The notes beneath the pieces were generated by a model, which saw only the letters and a program-made list of their open reading frames with translations, did not search any database and was not told the DNA's origin. The translations under genes were made by a program, and so were the position numbers. From NCBI GenBank assembly GCA_944350085.1, contig CALVNY010000007.1:657-64656 (forward strand): a stretch of 64,000 bases of DNA, read 5' to 3'. The stretch's first letter is position 1; every line of letters starts with the position of its first letter. Below are positions 9,579-20,012 of the stretch, one piece after another. The stretch comes from an uncultured Clostridia bacterium (GTDB lineage Bacteria > Bacillota > Clostridia > Christensenellales > UBA1242).

Positions 9579-10598
9579 TTGAATTCAAGCAAATGCCCTA
9601 ACTGTGGCAATGTATTAAATTTTAGTCCTGATTTTGGAACTCTTTATTGTGAATATTGTGATAGCAATTTTAACATTGACCATGAATCACAATTAAACAC
9701 TAAACACAATTATAATAATTTTGTTAAATTTGATGAAACTTTTATTAATCAATTTCATTGCAACTCTTGTGGAAGCAATTTAAGTTCAATAAAAGATGCC
9801 AAAGTAAAAAGATGCCCTAATTGCGGTTCAAACGACTTAGCAATTACCAATAACATAAGTTTTGTGCCTGATGGTGTAGTTCCATTTAAAATTTCCAAAA
9901 AACGAGCAACAGAAAATTTTTATAATTGGATAAAGAAAAGAAAATTTGCGCCAAACGATTTAAAAAAACTTGCAAAACTTGGGAAATTATCTGGATTGTA
10001 CACTCCTGTTTGGAACTTCGATTGTTCAACTTTTACAACATACCGAGGCGTTGGAATTGATGAAGATAGAGATAGAAATGGAAATGTACATACTCATAGG
10101 CACCCATTTAGTGGAAAATTTAATAGTGAATACAAAGATGTTTTAATGACAGCAAATAAAAGAATTTCAAATGTGACTTTAAATCAACTTGGAAACTTTG
10201 GATTAAATGAATTAAAGGTTTACAACCCTCAATACTTATGTGGTTTTATTGGAAGTGATATTGATTTTGACATACACTCTTCTTATAAAAATTTTGTTTC
10301 ATTTGTAGAAAATAAAGATTCATTTAAGGCAAAAAGTGGACATTTTTATGATAGAATTGAAAGTTTTAGTTCTAACACAGAAATTCTAAATCCTAAATTT
10401 AACTATATATACCTTCCTATTTGGGCAAATTATTATTCTTACAAAAACAAAAACTACTCTTGTTACATAAATGGTTACTCTGGAACAGTTAAAGGCAAAG
10501 CCCCAAAATCATTTTGGAAAATATTTTTATTTAGTTTAGGAATTGGGCTTGCTGTTGGCATTGTTTTCCTTTTAGCATATTTCATTTCGAGAATTTAA
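9579..10598 (+). CDS. Double zinc-ribbon protein with C-terminal transmembrane anchor (TFIIB-type zinc ribbon, YdjG-like)
   Basis: CPNCG...CEYC and CNSCG...CPNCG ribbons, with a hydrophobic C-terminal helix. I prefer the TTG at 9579, which is 7 nt after AGGTGA. The listed GTG at 9570 lies inside the SD. Confidence 0.6.
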   Translation: MNSSKCPNCGNVLNFSPDFGTLYCEYCDSNFNIDHESQLNTKHNYNNFVKFDETFINQFHCNSCGSNLSSIKDAKVKRCPNCGSNDLAITNNISFVPDGVVPFKISKKRATENFYNWIKKRKFAPNDLKKLAKLGKLSGLYTPVWNFDCSTFTTYRGVGIDEDRDRNGNVHTHRHPFSGKFNSEYKDVLMTANKRISNVTLNQLGNFGLNELKVYNPQYLCGFIGSDIDFDIHSSYKNFVSFVENKDSFKAKSGHFYDRIESFSSNTEILNPKFNYIYLPIWANYYSYKNKNYSCYINGYSGTVKGKAPKSFWKIFLFSLGIGLAVGIVFLLAYFISRI

Positions 10599-10623
10599 AA
10601 TAAAAAATTTAAAATTTAACATA

Positions 10624-10651
10624 TAAAATAGAGATTTTTCTCTATTTTTTT
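10624..10651 (+). terminator. Intrinsic terminator
   Basis: ATAGAGA (10628-10634) pairs with TCTCTAT (10639-10645), followed by a T-run. Confidence 0.7.
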
Positions 10652-10681
10652 GTGTGTTTAACATTTATTAAAAACATTAAC

Positions 10682-10710
10682 TTGACTTAAATGTATATAT
10701 AAATTAATAT
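10682..10710 (+). promoter_or_regulatory. Sigma-A type promoter of leuS
   Basis: TTGACT (10682-10687), 17 nt, TAATAT (10705-10710). Confidence 0.55.
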
Positions 10711-10780
10711 AATATAAAATGTTTAAAATTATTTATTAGTATATTCCATCATTTAATGTATAGGATATTAGGAGTTTAAA

Positions 10781-13195
10781 ATGAATTTTAGAGAGATAGA
10801 AAAAAAATGGCAAGACATTTGGGAAAAAGAGAAAAGATTTGAAGTTAAAAATTTTGAACCTAACAAAAAAAATGCATACATACTTATTGAGTTTCCATAT
10901 CCAAGTGGCAAAGGACTACACACAGGACATGTTAGAAGTTACTCCGCACTAGATGCTGTTGCTAGGAAAAAAAGAATGCAGGGATACAATGTTTTATTTC
11001 CAATGGGTTGTGACGCATTTGGACTAGAAGCCGAAAGAACTGCCATTAAAGAGCACAAACTTCCACAAGAAATTGTTGCTAGAAACATTGCAATTTTTAA
11101 AGAGCAATTAAAAATGGTTGGGCTTAGTGTTGATTGGAGCCGTGAAATTTCTACTTGTGACCCAGATTATTACAAATGGACTCAATGGCAATTTTTACAA
11201 TTTTACAAACACGGACTTGCCGAAAAGCAAGAAACAACCGTAAACTACTGCCCTAACTGTGGTGTTTTAGCAAACGAAGAAGTTGAAAATGGATTTTGTT
11301 GTCAATGTAAGGCTGAAGTTACACAAAAATCCAAAGCACAATGGATTTTAAAAATGACAAAATATGCTGATAGACTAGTGGAAGACTTAAAAGACACTAA
11401 TTATATGGACCACATCAAAACAAGTCAAATAAATTGGATTGGCAAAAGTGAAGGCGAAAAGGTTACTTTTAAAATAAAACAAGGCGGTTCATTTGATATT
11501 TTTACAACTTGCATAGAAACCATTTATGGCATAACATTTATGGTTTTAGCACCTGAACATCATCTTGTTGAAGAATTAAAAGACAAAATCGAAAATTATG
11601 ATGAAGTTTTAGAATACATTAATCAAGCAAAAAGGAAAAGTGAATTTGAAAGAAGCGAACTAAACAAAGGAAAATCCGGAGTTTGCCTAAAAGGAATTAC
11701 TGCAATCAATCCTGTTAACAACAAAGAAGTTCCTATTTACCTAGGCGATTTTGTACTTGCAAGTTATGGAAGTGGTGCCGTTATGGCAGTTCCAAGTCAT
11801 GATCAAAGAGATTATGAATTTGCTTGTGAGCATAACATTGAGTTGATTCCTGTAATTACTGGCAAAAACGAAAAATCTGGTTGTGCTTATGAAAAGCAAG
11901 ATTACTTAAATGACAATGCAACTTTGATTAATAGTGAAGAATTTTCGGGCTTAGAAGTGCACGAAGCAAAAAAACAAATTGCTTTAAAATTAGAAAATAT
12001 GGGCGTTGCTGAAAAGCAAGTTAACTTTAAAATGCGTGATTGGATATTTAGTCGTCAAAGATACTGGGGCGAACCTATTCCTATGGTTTACTGTGAAAAA
12101 TGCGGTTGGCAACCCGTTCCAGAATGCGACCTTCCTGTTACATTGCCAAAAGTTGATAGTTACGAACCAACACTTGATGGCGAAAGCCCATTATCATTAA
12201 TTGAAGATTGGGTAAATACCACATGCCCAAAATGCGGTGGAAAAGCAAAAAGAGAAACCGACACAATGCCTGGCTGGGCTGGTTCTAGTTGGTATTTTAT
12301 GCGATATTGCGACCCTAAAAATGACAAAGAATTTGCAAGTATGGACGCATTAAAAAGTTGGTTGCCTGTTGACCTATACAATGGTGGAAACGAACACACC
12401 ACAAGGCATTTGCTTTATGCAAGATTTTGGAATAAATTTTTGTATGATATTGGTTTAAGCCCTGTAAGTGAACCTTTTAAATCAAGAATAAGTCAAGGAT
12501 TGGTTTTAGGCTCAAATGGAGTTAAAATGAGCAAAAGCTTAGGAAATGTTGTTGACCCAAGAGATGTTATTAATGAATATGGTGCTGATAGTCTGCGTGT
12601 TTGGGAGTCATTTATGGGAGATTATTTCCAAAGTGTAAATTGGAGTGATGATGGTGTTAAGGCTTGTAATAAATTTATTACAAAAGTTTATAATTTCCAA
12701 GACATCTTAATTGATGGCGAAAGTTATTCAAAAGAACTTGAAGTTTCAATTCATACAGCAATAAAGAAAGTTACAAATGATATTGACAATATAAAATTTA
12801 ACACTGCAATTTCTGCATTAATGATTTTAGCAAACGATGTTGCAAAAGTTGGCAAAATAAATAAAGCAGAATACAAAACACTTCTTACTCTTCTTAACCC
12901 TTTTGCTCCTCACATCACAGAAGAAATTTGGACTAACCAACATTTTGAGCCACAAATAAAAGATGCTGTTTGGCCAACTTACGATGAAAGCAAACTTGTT
13001 AAAGACGAAATAGAATATGCTCTACAAATAAACAATAAAATAATTGATAGGGTAAACATAAAAACAAATGCAACAACAAGCGAAATTGAAGATATTGCAA
13101 AAAACAATAGCAAAATTGTTGAAGCCTTAAACGGCAGAAATATAATAAAAGTTATAGTAATTAAAGACAGACTAGTTAATATTATTGCAAAATAA
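10781..13195 (+). CDS. leuS: Leucine--tRNA ligase
   Basis: HTGH (HIGH) and KMSKS motifs, a CP1 editing insertion, and Zn-binding CxxC pairs. Length is 804 aa. Confidence 0.95.
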   Translation: MNFREIEKKWQDIWEKEKRFEVKNFEPNKKNAYILIEFPYPSGKGLHTGHVRSYSALDAVARKKRMQGYNVLFPMGCDAFGLEAERTAIKEHKLPQEIVARNIAIFKEQLKMVGLSVDWSREISTCDPDYYKWTQWQFLQFYKHGLAEKQETTVNYCPNCGVLANEEVENGFCCQCKAEVTQKSKAQWILKMTKYADRLVEDLKDTNYMDHIKTSQINWIGKSEGEKVTFKIKQGGSFDIFTTCIETIYGITFMVLAPEHHLVEELKDKIENYDEVLEYINQAKRKSEFERSELNKGKSGVCLKGITAINPVNNKEVPIYLGDFVLASYGSGAVMAVPSHDQRDYEFACEHNIELIPVITGKNEKSGCAYEKQDYLNDNATLINSEEFSGLEVHEAKKQIALKLENMGVAEKQVNFKMRDWIFSRQRYWGEPIPMVYCEKCGWQPVPECDLPVTLPKVDSYEPTLDGESPLSLIEDWVNTTCPKCGGKAKRETDTMPGWAGSSWYFMRYCDPKNDKEFASMDALKSWLPVDLYNGGNEHTTRHLLYARFWNKFLYDIGLSPVSEPFKSRISQGLVLGSNGVKMSKSLGNVVDPRDVINEYGADSLRVWESFMGDYFQSVNWSDDGVKACNKFITKVYNFQDILIDGESYSKELEVSIHTAIKKVTNDIDNIKFNTAISALMILANDVAKVGKINKAEYKTLLTLLNPFAPHITEEIWTNQHFEPQIKDAVWPTYDESKLVKDEIEYALQINNKIIDRVNIKTNATTSEIEDIAKNNSKIVEALNGRNIIKVIVIKDRLVNIIAK

Positions 13196-13223
13196 AAAAC
13201 ACACGATTTTCGTGTGTTTTTTT
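13194..13223 (+). terminator. Intrinsic terminator of leuS
   Basis: CACACG (13200-13205) pairs with CGTGTG (13211-13216), followed by a T7 run. Confidence 0.8.
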
Positions 13224-13344
13224 ATAAGTATCTTTAAAAATATTTAATATCAAAATAAAATATAAAAGTTTAAAAAGATTAATCAAAACAATATAAAAAA
13301 TTAAAATAGTAGAAAACAATTATTTAATATAATTTTTTCGAAAA

Positions 13345-13374
13345 CAAAAAAGGTGCAATTTAAAGCACCTTTTT
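13345..13374 (-). terminator. Intrinsic terminator
   Basis: AGGTGC (13351-13356) pairs with GCACCT (13365-13370), with a T-run on the minus strand. Confidence 0.7.
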
Positions 13375-13377
13375 ATT

Positions 13378-15051
13378 TTAACCTATATGGAAATCAATAT
13401 CTCCACCTGTTGAATTTAAGTGGAATTCAAAATTATTTACATTATCATTTCCATATTGATAATCAGTGATTGTTGTATTTGTTGAATAAGTGTTGCTCAA
13501 TGTTGAAGCAGTGTACAAATTCATTAATGCCCCACCATCAACTTTTAAATTGATTGAGAATCCTTTTGATTCATTTTCACCTGCTTGGATAACTGAAGGA
13601 ACATTTATAACCAACTTTCCACTTCCAATTGTGATTGAACTTATATGAGCATTGTCCGATTTATCCATTGTTGAAATTTTAGCAAATGTTAAATTCATAT
13701 TTGCACTGCCAGTTGCAGTTGCAGTAACTTTTCCTCTTAATCCTGTTGCATTTACTGTTCCACTAACTGTTTCAATTTTTGTTTCATTTGTTGATTCTGT
13801 ACCAACATAAGTTAATGTTGTTTTACCACTTCTGTTTGTAAACCAACCTTTTCCACTATATGTAACATTTATATCGCCGTAGTTACTTGTTGCTGAAACT
13901 GTGCCGTTATGTGATGCTTTTGTTACTTTATCTATTGTTATATTGCCGTGAGTTGTTTCAACACTAACAACATTAGAATCAGTTTCAACAATATGTGTAT
14001 CCCCATAAGTTGCTTGAATTGATAAATCACCAATAACCTTGGTTAGTTCAACTTTTGCGTATTCAGTAACTATTTGGCCCAAACCACTTCCAACATTTAG
14101 CGTGTTAATATTTAATGTTCCATTTGGACAATTATAAATAAAAGTTCCGTTGTTTGTATTTATTTCTCCAGTTGAATTAAATACTAAATTTTCACCTTTA
14201 ATTGTAAAACCACCAATGAAGTTTTTAAAAGTAAAATCTCCGCGTTTGCTATCTATTTTTGCAACACTACTAGTTAATTTTATGTTTTGTTTACTAAAAT
14301 CAAAATTACCTTTTTCTGTTTTTACTGATAGTGCATTAAATGCAACATAGTCATCACTTTCAGTTTTTAATCCACTTGAAGTAAAGTTTCCAGAAGTTGT
14401 GGTTACATTTAAGGAATTGATTTTTAAATATCCGTTTTCGGCATTTCCAGATTCAGAATATGGTTCTATAGTAATATTTCCTTTGCCACTATTTAAAACC
14501 AAGTTGTAACTATACTCACCCTTTGCAACTGGTAGTTGAATTTTAAGATAACTATTCCTATAATTTAAAACACCTTGTGGAGTATGTAAAGTGTAAACAA
14601 TTCTATCTGCTTGGTTTAAATCGGTAGAATCTGGAGATAACTGATTACCATCTTTGTAATATGATATTTCTAAATAAGACCTTACCTTTTTTTCGTTGTT
14701 TAATTCTTTAAGTTCGTCACCATTTTCAACCAAACCAAAAGCTTTGTCCCTATATTCAATGTATGGCTTGCTTCTTACATCGGTATCGGCAAGTGTTTTA
14801 TCATTGTATTTTATTGCACTTACAATCAAATTGTAGTTGTTGCTATTAATCTCAATGGTTTTATTTTTATTGCCATTATATGTTGGTAATTCTCTTTGTA
14901 AACTTACAGCATTATTTGTGCTTATAGTTATTCTATAACCAAATACTGAAAAATTTAAAAAAGCCATAGAAGCAAAAAGAAGAATACCAGCAATCGCTAA
15001 AATTCCAATTAAAATTAAAGTGTACGTTAAAACTCCCTTTAATATTTTCAT
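13378..15051 (-). CDS. Membrane-anchored beta-strand repeat protein (DUF4097 / putative adhesin-like)
   Basis: N-terminal TM helix, then repeated G(N/D)I(T/N)(I/V) strand motifs. Length is 557 aa and an AGGAG SD is present. Confidence 0.6.
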   Translation of the reverse strand: MKILKGVLTYTLILIGILAIAGILLFASMAFLNFSVFGYRITISTNNAVSLQRELPTYNGNKNKTIEINSNNYNLIVSAIKYNDKTLADTDVRSKPYIEYRDKAFGLVENGDELKELNNEKKVRSYLEISYYKDGNQLSPDSTDLNQADRIVYTLHTPQGVLNYRNSYLKIQLPVAKGEYSYNLVLNSGKGNITIEPYSESGNAENGYLKINSLNVTTTSGNFTSSGLKTESDDYVAFNALSVKTEKGNFDFSKQNIKLTSSVAKIDSKRGDFTFKNFIGGFTIKGENLVFNSTGEINTNNGTFIYNCPNGTLNINTLNVGSGLGQIVTEYAKVELTKVIGDLSIQATYGDTHIVETDSNVVSVETTHGNITIDKVTKASHNGTVSATSNYGDINVTYSGKGWFTNRSGKTTLTYVGTESTNETKIETVSGTVNATGLRGKVTATATGSANMNLTFAKISTMDKSDNAHISSITIGSGKLVINVPSVIQAGENESKGFSINLKVDGGALMNLYTASTLSNTYSTNTTITDYQYGNDNVNNFEFHLNSTGGDIDFHIG

Positions 15052-15188
15052 AATTTTTCTCCTACTAAATATATTTCGTAGTGTGCCCTTAAAATCTATA
15101 TATTTAATTATATATAATTAACGCATTTTAGTCAATATTTATTTTATGTTTATTCTACAACTTAATTCTGTTGAATTTAAAACAAAAT

Positions 15189-17018
15189 TTATTCTAATAT
15201 TGCCTTAATTCTTCTTACTCCGCTTGAACTACTTTCTTCTTTTGTTATTTTAAATTTACCTAATTCTTTTGTATTTTTAACATGAGGTCCAGTGCAAATT
15301 TCTTTTGAAACATTTCCTATGCTATAAACTGTAACAATATCTGGATATCTTTCAATAAATTGATGTTCTGCACCAATTTCAACAGCCTTTTGTTTAGGCA
15401 TTTCAACACTTGTTACATCTAAGTCTTGCTTTATCCAATCATTAACAATATCTTCAATGTTTTTAATTTCGTCTTCACTTAATTTATGGTCGCACGGAAA
15501 ATCAAAACGCAACCTTTCCTCTGTTATGTTTGAGCCCATTTGATGACAATCTTTGCCCAAAACTTCTTTTAGCGCGGCATTTAGAAGATGTGTTGCTGTG
15601 TGATATTTTGTTGTTTGTTCTCCAACACCTTCTAGTCCACTCTTAAATGTGCCTTTTTCAACAGCTTTTGATTTTGTTTGATGTTCTGCGAATGCATTTT
15701 TAAAGCCTTCTTCATCAACTTCGTATCCTATTTCTTTTGCCATTTCGCTTGTTAATTCTAATGGGAATCCAAAGGTGTCGTACAATCTAAATGCTGATTT
15801 GCCACTAATTATATTTTCAACAACTTCACCTTTTAAACTAGCAAATTGTTTGTGTTTTTCAATGCCAGAAATTAGTTTGTCAAACTCTTTTAGCCCTTGT
15901 TCTAATGCTTTGTTAAACTTATCCATTTCTTTTTTTATTTCTGACAAAATATAATCTTCTTTTTCAATAAGCAATGGATAAGCTTTGTTGTAAATTTGTT
16001 CAATATAAATTTTTGCAACGCCTAAAATGTCATCTGCACTAATATTTATTTTGTTTGCATATCTAATTGCTCGGCGAAGCAATCTCCTTAAAATGTAACC
16101 TGCCCCAACATTGCTAGGAACTATGCCATTAACATCTCCAATTAGCATAACACCTGTTCTTATATGGTCGGCAATAATTCTCATTGCTTTTCTTGCGTCA
16201 GCATCATCACTATAAGATTTGCCACATTTTTCTTCCAAAAAATCTACTACTGGTTTAAATATGTCAATCATATAACCATCTGTGTAGCCATTAATGTACA
16301 TAAGCAATCTTTCAAAACCAAAGCCAGTGTCAACATTTTTATTTTCTAATTCAACATATTTGTTGTTTTCTAGTTTTTTATATTGCATATAAACATCGTT
16401 GCCAATTTCAACCCATCTTCCACAATCACATGTAATGTCACAATGATCTGAGCATGGTTTATCATGCCTTGGATAGAACCATTCATTATCTGGTCCACAA
16501 GGTGTGCCGACTGTTCCTTCTAGTTCCCACCAGTTGTCACTTTTTGGCAAATAAAAAATGTTTTCTTTTTTTATTCCAGCACTTTCTAGCAACTTTGCCG
16601 TTTCTTCGTCTCTTGGAGCGTTGTCGTCACCAGCAAAAACAGAACAACAAATTTTGTTCCTATCAAACCCCAAAACCTCAGTTAAAAATGTGTATGTCCA
16701 TTTTGATTTTTCTTTTTTAAAATAATCTCCTAGGCTCCAATTTCCCATCATTTCAAAAAATGTGAAATGACTTTCATCGCCAACAGCGTCAATATCCACA
16801 GTTCTAACGCAACCTTGAACATTGCAAAGCCTTGTTTTGCCACTTGGGTGTTTTTCGCCAAGCAAATAAGGCATTAGTGGTTGCATACCTGCAACATTAA
16901 ACATAACACCAGTTGAGCCATCTCCAATTAATGACACTGCACCAATATTAATGTGTCCACGATCTTCATAAAACTTAATCCATTTATCTCTTAATTCTTG
17001 TGATGTAATTTTTTCCAT
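15189..17018 (-). CDS. alaS: Alanine--tRNA ligase, compact form (catalytic, tRNA-recognition and editing domains, no C-Ala domain)
   Basis: AlaRS signatures: FNVAGMQP, FEMMGNWS, DTGFGFERL, GYILRRLLRRA, LYDTFGFPLELT, the editing HTATHLL motif and CTGPHV. I prefer the ATG at 17018 (MEKIT), which follows a GAGG SD. Confidence 0.8.
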   Translation of the reverse strand: MEKITSQELRDKWIKFYEDRGHINIGAVSLIGDGSTGVMFNVAGMQPLMPYLLGEKHPSGKTRLCNVQGCVRTVDIDAVGDESHFTFFEMMGNWSLGDYFKKEKSKWTYTFLTEVLGFDRNKICCSVFAGDDNAPRDEETAKLLESAGIKKENIFYLPKSDNWWELEGTVGTPCGPDNEWFYPRHDKPCSDHCDITCDCGRWVEIGNDVYMQYKKLENNKYVELENKNVDTGFGFERLLMYINGYTDGYMIDIFKPVVDFLEEKCGKSYSDDADARKAMRIIADHIRTGVMLIGDVNGIVPSNVGAGYILRRLLRRAIRYANKINISADDILGVAKIYIEQIYNKAYPLLIEKEDYILSEIKKEMDKFNKALEQGLKEFDKLISGIEKHKQFASLKGEVVENIISGKSAFRLYDTFGFPLELTSEMAKEIGYEVDEEGFKNAFAEHQTKSKAVEKGTFKSGLEGVGEQTTKYHTATHLLNAALKEVLGKDCHQMGSNITEERLRFDFPCDHKLSEDEIKNIEDIVNDWIKQDLDVTSVEMPKQKAVEIGAEHQFIERYPDIVTVYSIGNVSKEICTGPHVKNTKELGKFKITKEESSSSGVRRIKAILE

Positions 17019-17171
17019 ATAAACCTCAATACCGTTACATTTTACCATATTTTACAAAATATTTACAATAGTTTTAAGTGGTAGTTTTCCATTTTTATAA
17101 CAAAATTTATAATTGGCAAATTATAATTTTATATTTTAAAATCTATAAAAACTAAAAATCAAATAATAAAA

Positions 17172-17203
17172 GAAAAAATTGCATAAACTTATGCAATTTT
17201 TTA
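17172..17203 (-). terminator. Intrinsic terminator of dnaB
   Basis: TTGCATAA pairs with TTATGCAA, with flanking A/T runs. Confidence 0.7.
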
Positions 17204-17209
17204 TCATTA

Positions 17210-18655
17210 TTAAAAAATGTCAGTCAAATTTGCCATATCATCAATTTGTACAATTTCAGGAACTTCTTCAAGTTTGTTTCTGTTGTCAACCGGAGCCGTC
17301 GCTTCAATACTCATTTCGTTTGCATCTTTATCAAGATTTAAGAAGGTTGTAATTTGTGGCATCCATTTAACAGTTACAATTCCAACAGGTCCATTTCTGT
17401 GTTTTGCAACAATAATTTGTGCAAGCCCACTATTTTTATCCTCTTCTGAGGCATCATTATACATGTCTGGCCTATGAATAAACCAAACAATGTCTGCATC
17501 TTGCTCGATTGCTCCTGATTCTCTTAAATCAGAAAGCATTGGTGTGTGGTCTTTCCTACTTTCAGTTCCACGAGATAATTGGCTTAATACTATAACAGGA
17601 ACATTAAGTTCTTTTGCCATTATTTTTAAACTTCTTGAAATTTCGGACACTTCTTGTTGCCTATCTTTGTTTTTGCCAGTGCTCATTAATTGTAGATAGT
17701 CAATCATAACAAGGTCTAAACCATGTTCTCTTTTTAACCTTCTGCATTTTCCTAATATATCGGTAGGGTTTGTTAAAGAACTGTCATCAACATAAATGTC
17801 TGCCTCTGTTAGTTTTTTGTTTGCTGCCCATAAAGCATCCCACTCTTTAACAGATAGTTTGCCTTGATTTGCTTTTTCCATGTCAACTTTTGCAACTGAA
17901 AAAAGTGCTCTTTGTGCAAGTTGCACCTTGCTCATTTCCAAACTAAAAACTGCAACTTTGCTTTTATTATGAATTGCAGCATGTGTAACAATATTCATAG
18001 CAAGAGAGGTTTTACCACATGCAGGCCTTGCTGCCAAAATAATTAAATCACTATTTTGCAAACCTTTCATCATAACATCAAGCCTATGAATACCTGTTGG
18101 AATTCCCCTAATGCTATCTGGATTTTTTTGAATTTTTTCATACTTTTCCATAACATTAGGCATATCATCTTTAATTAATGTTAAACTACTACGCTCTTCG
18201 TTTTGTCCAATTTCAAAAATATTTTTTTCAGCATAAGCAATTGCATCATCTTTTTCAGGACTTTCAAAAGAATATTTAATGATATCGTTTGAAGCAGAAA
18301 TAAGTGCACGCAAAACGCTGTTTCTTTTAATGATATCAATATAATGCTCAAAGTTTGATGAAGATGGAACGATATTTGTTAAAGTTGTTATATATTCAAT
18401 TCCACCAACACTATTAAGCAAGTTGGTTCTTTCAAGTTCGTCTGTTAATGTTACAAAATCAACAGGGGCATTATTTGAATATATTTTTCTCATCGCTTCA
18501 AATATAATTCTATGTGCTTCAACATAAAAATCTTCTGGTTTTAAATCTGCAAGTATAGAAATAGTTGCATTTTCATCAATTAAAACACACCCTAAAACAC
18601 TTTGTTCACTTTCAATACTATGTGGTAAAACTCTTTCCTTTGTATCTTTTTTCAT
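17210..18655 (-). CDS. dnaB: Replicative DNA helicase
   Basis: N-terminal domain (PHSIESEQSVLG), Walker A GARPACGKT, LVMIDYLQLM and SQLSR motifs. Confidence 0.95.
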   Translation of the reverse strand: MKKDTKERVLPHSIESEQSVLGCVLIDENATISILADLKPEDFYVEAHRIIFEAMRKIYSNNAPVDFVTLTDELERTNLLNSVGGIEYITTLTNIVPSSSNFEHYIDIIKRNSVLRALISASNDIIKYSFESPEKDDAIAYAEKNIFEIGQNEERSSLTLIKDDMPNVMEKYEKIQKNPDSIRGIPTGIHRLDVMMKGLQNSDLIILAARPACGKTSLAMNIVTHAAIHNKSKVAVFSLEMSKVQLAQRALFSVAKVDMEKANQGKLSVKEWDALWAANKKLTEADIYVDDSSLTNPTDILGKCRRLKREHGLDLVMIDYLQLMSTGKNKDRQQEVSEISRSLKIMAKELNVPVIVLSQLSRGTESRKDHTPMLSDLRESGAIEQDADIVWFIHRPDMYNDASEEDKNSGLAQIIVAKHRNGPVGIVTVKWMPQITTFLNLDKDANEMSIEATAPVDNRNKLEEVPEIVQIDDMANLTDIF

Positions 18656-18661
18656 AACACC

Positions 18662-18916
18662 CTACTCATCTTTATTTTTATTTCCAGATTTTTCTAATTT
18701 GTATTTTTTATATAAATATATCAATAAATCGCCAAGCAATACAATGGCAAGTGCAATAAAAACACAAATAAATATTCCCATTCCATAAGACAAATGCTTA
18801 GACAAAACAAAAACATTTAGTGGCAAAATAACTATAAATGCTATAAAAAACAAAATGCCATATTTTATAAACATTTTTTTCATATCTCTTTTGTCGAAAA
18901 TATATCTTTTTGCCAT
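18662..18916 (-). CDS. Small membrane protein (two TM helices)
   Basis: An AAGGAG SD is present. The gene ends 6 nt before the dnaB start. Confidence 0.5.
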   Translation of the reverse strand: MAKRYIFDKRDMKKMFIKYGILFFIAFIVILPLNVFVLSKHLSYGMGIFICVFIALAIVLLGDLLIYLYKKYKLEKSGNKNKDE

Positions 18917-18977
18917 ATTTTTCTCCTTAAACTAAATCTATTGTAATACAAAATAAATAAAATTCAAACTTTTTTAA

Positions 18978-19892
18978 TTAAACAATTCCACGCCTTTTTT
19001 TGTTAATTCTTTTTATAATATAAATTACAAACAATAAAACAACAATAAAACAAGAAATTGCAAGGGCTAAAATGTACCACGAAACTCTGTTTGCTTGTAA
19101 AACATAATATTCAATAGGACTATTTGAATTAATGTCAACAACCCATGTTCTCTCAACAATTCCCCCTTGATAAAGAGTTTCTTTAATTGCATTTGTTTTA
19201 AGATTGTCATAAGCAGAAATAAGTGTTTGGGTAAATGTTACATTAGGATAAATATTTACAAAATTATTTTTAAATGTTGGATAAGGAATTAAAGCATAAT
19301 CGTAAACAGAACTTGTTAAAATGTATGACTTATTAAACCATGTCCCATGTTCAATTAAAACTTCATTTTCGCTTGAATTATCGTTGTTTGAATTTCCAAA
19401 AATTTCCTCATCATTATAATCTAAAATTACGCCTTTTGAACCATCAAAAGTTTGTAAAAAATAGTACCAAACTTGCCTAATATTGTTGTTTTTATAAAGC
19501 ATATCAAACTGAATCATATTAGAATTGTTAACATTTTTACTTTCAAAATCTATTGGATTGTGATAAATATATTCTTCTTTAATTTCTTTACTTAGTGTTG
19601 TGCTTTGCTTTGCCAACCTTTTGAATGCGTTTAAATGTGTTGTTGTGTCATACTCTAAATAGGATAATATATTTGCTTTGTCTTCATTTAAACCTGAATA
19701 AACATCGTAGTTATTAGTGTCAAGTTTAATTGTTATGCACTCCCGAATCCTATTTCCTTCTAATGTTTCAATTCTAAAATCCATGGTTGTCCCATTAATT
19801 GTAGTTGAAGTTTTATTACAACCACAAAAAACACATATGCTAGCAAATATTAAAATGTAAAGTAATGCAATTTTTGTTTTTGTTTTTAACAT
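18978..19892 (-). CDS. Putative lipoprotein with C-terminal TM anchor
   Basis: Signal peptide ending in the lipobox-like VFCGC, a hydrophobic helix near the C-terminus, and a basic tail. Confidence 0.55.
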   Translation of the reverse strand: MLKTKTKIALLYILIFASICVFCGCNKTSTTINGTTMDFRIETLEGNRIRECITIKLDTNNYDVYSGLNEDKANILSYLEYDTTTHLNAFKRLAKQSTTLSKEIKEEYIYHNPIDFESKNVNNSNMIQFDMLYKNNNIRQVWYYFLQTFDGSKGVILDYNDEEIFGNSNNDNSSENEVLIEHGTWFNKSYILTSSVYDYALIPYPTFKNNFVNIYPNVTFTQTLISAYDNLKTNAIKETLYQGGIVERTWVVDINSNSPIEYYVLQANRVSWYILALAISCFIVVLLFVIYIIKRINKKRRGIV

Positions 19893-19983
19893 TTATAACA
19901 ACCCCATATTTCTAATTATAGTATATTATAATTCTTGCAATAAATCAATTTATTAATATATATTGTATGCAACAATGTAAAAC

Positions 19984-20012
19984 AAAAACACCTATTTTTT
20001 AGGTGTTTTTTT
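19984..20012 (-). terminator. Intrinsic terminator
   Basis: ACACCTA (19988-19994) pairs with TAGGTGT (20000-20006), with flanking A/T runs. Confidence 0.7.

Noticed and set aside
10599-10780. A T-box or other leader upstream of leuS (and upstream of alaS at 17019-17209).
   Set aside because: There is no GGTGGTACC-type T-box sequence. The distance from the promoter to the ATG is too short for a T-box.
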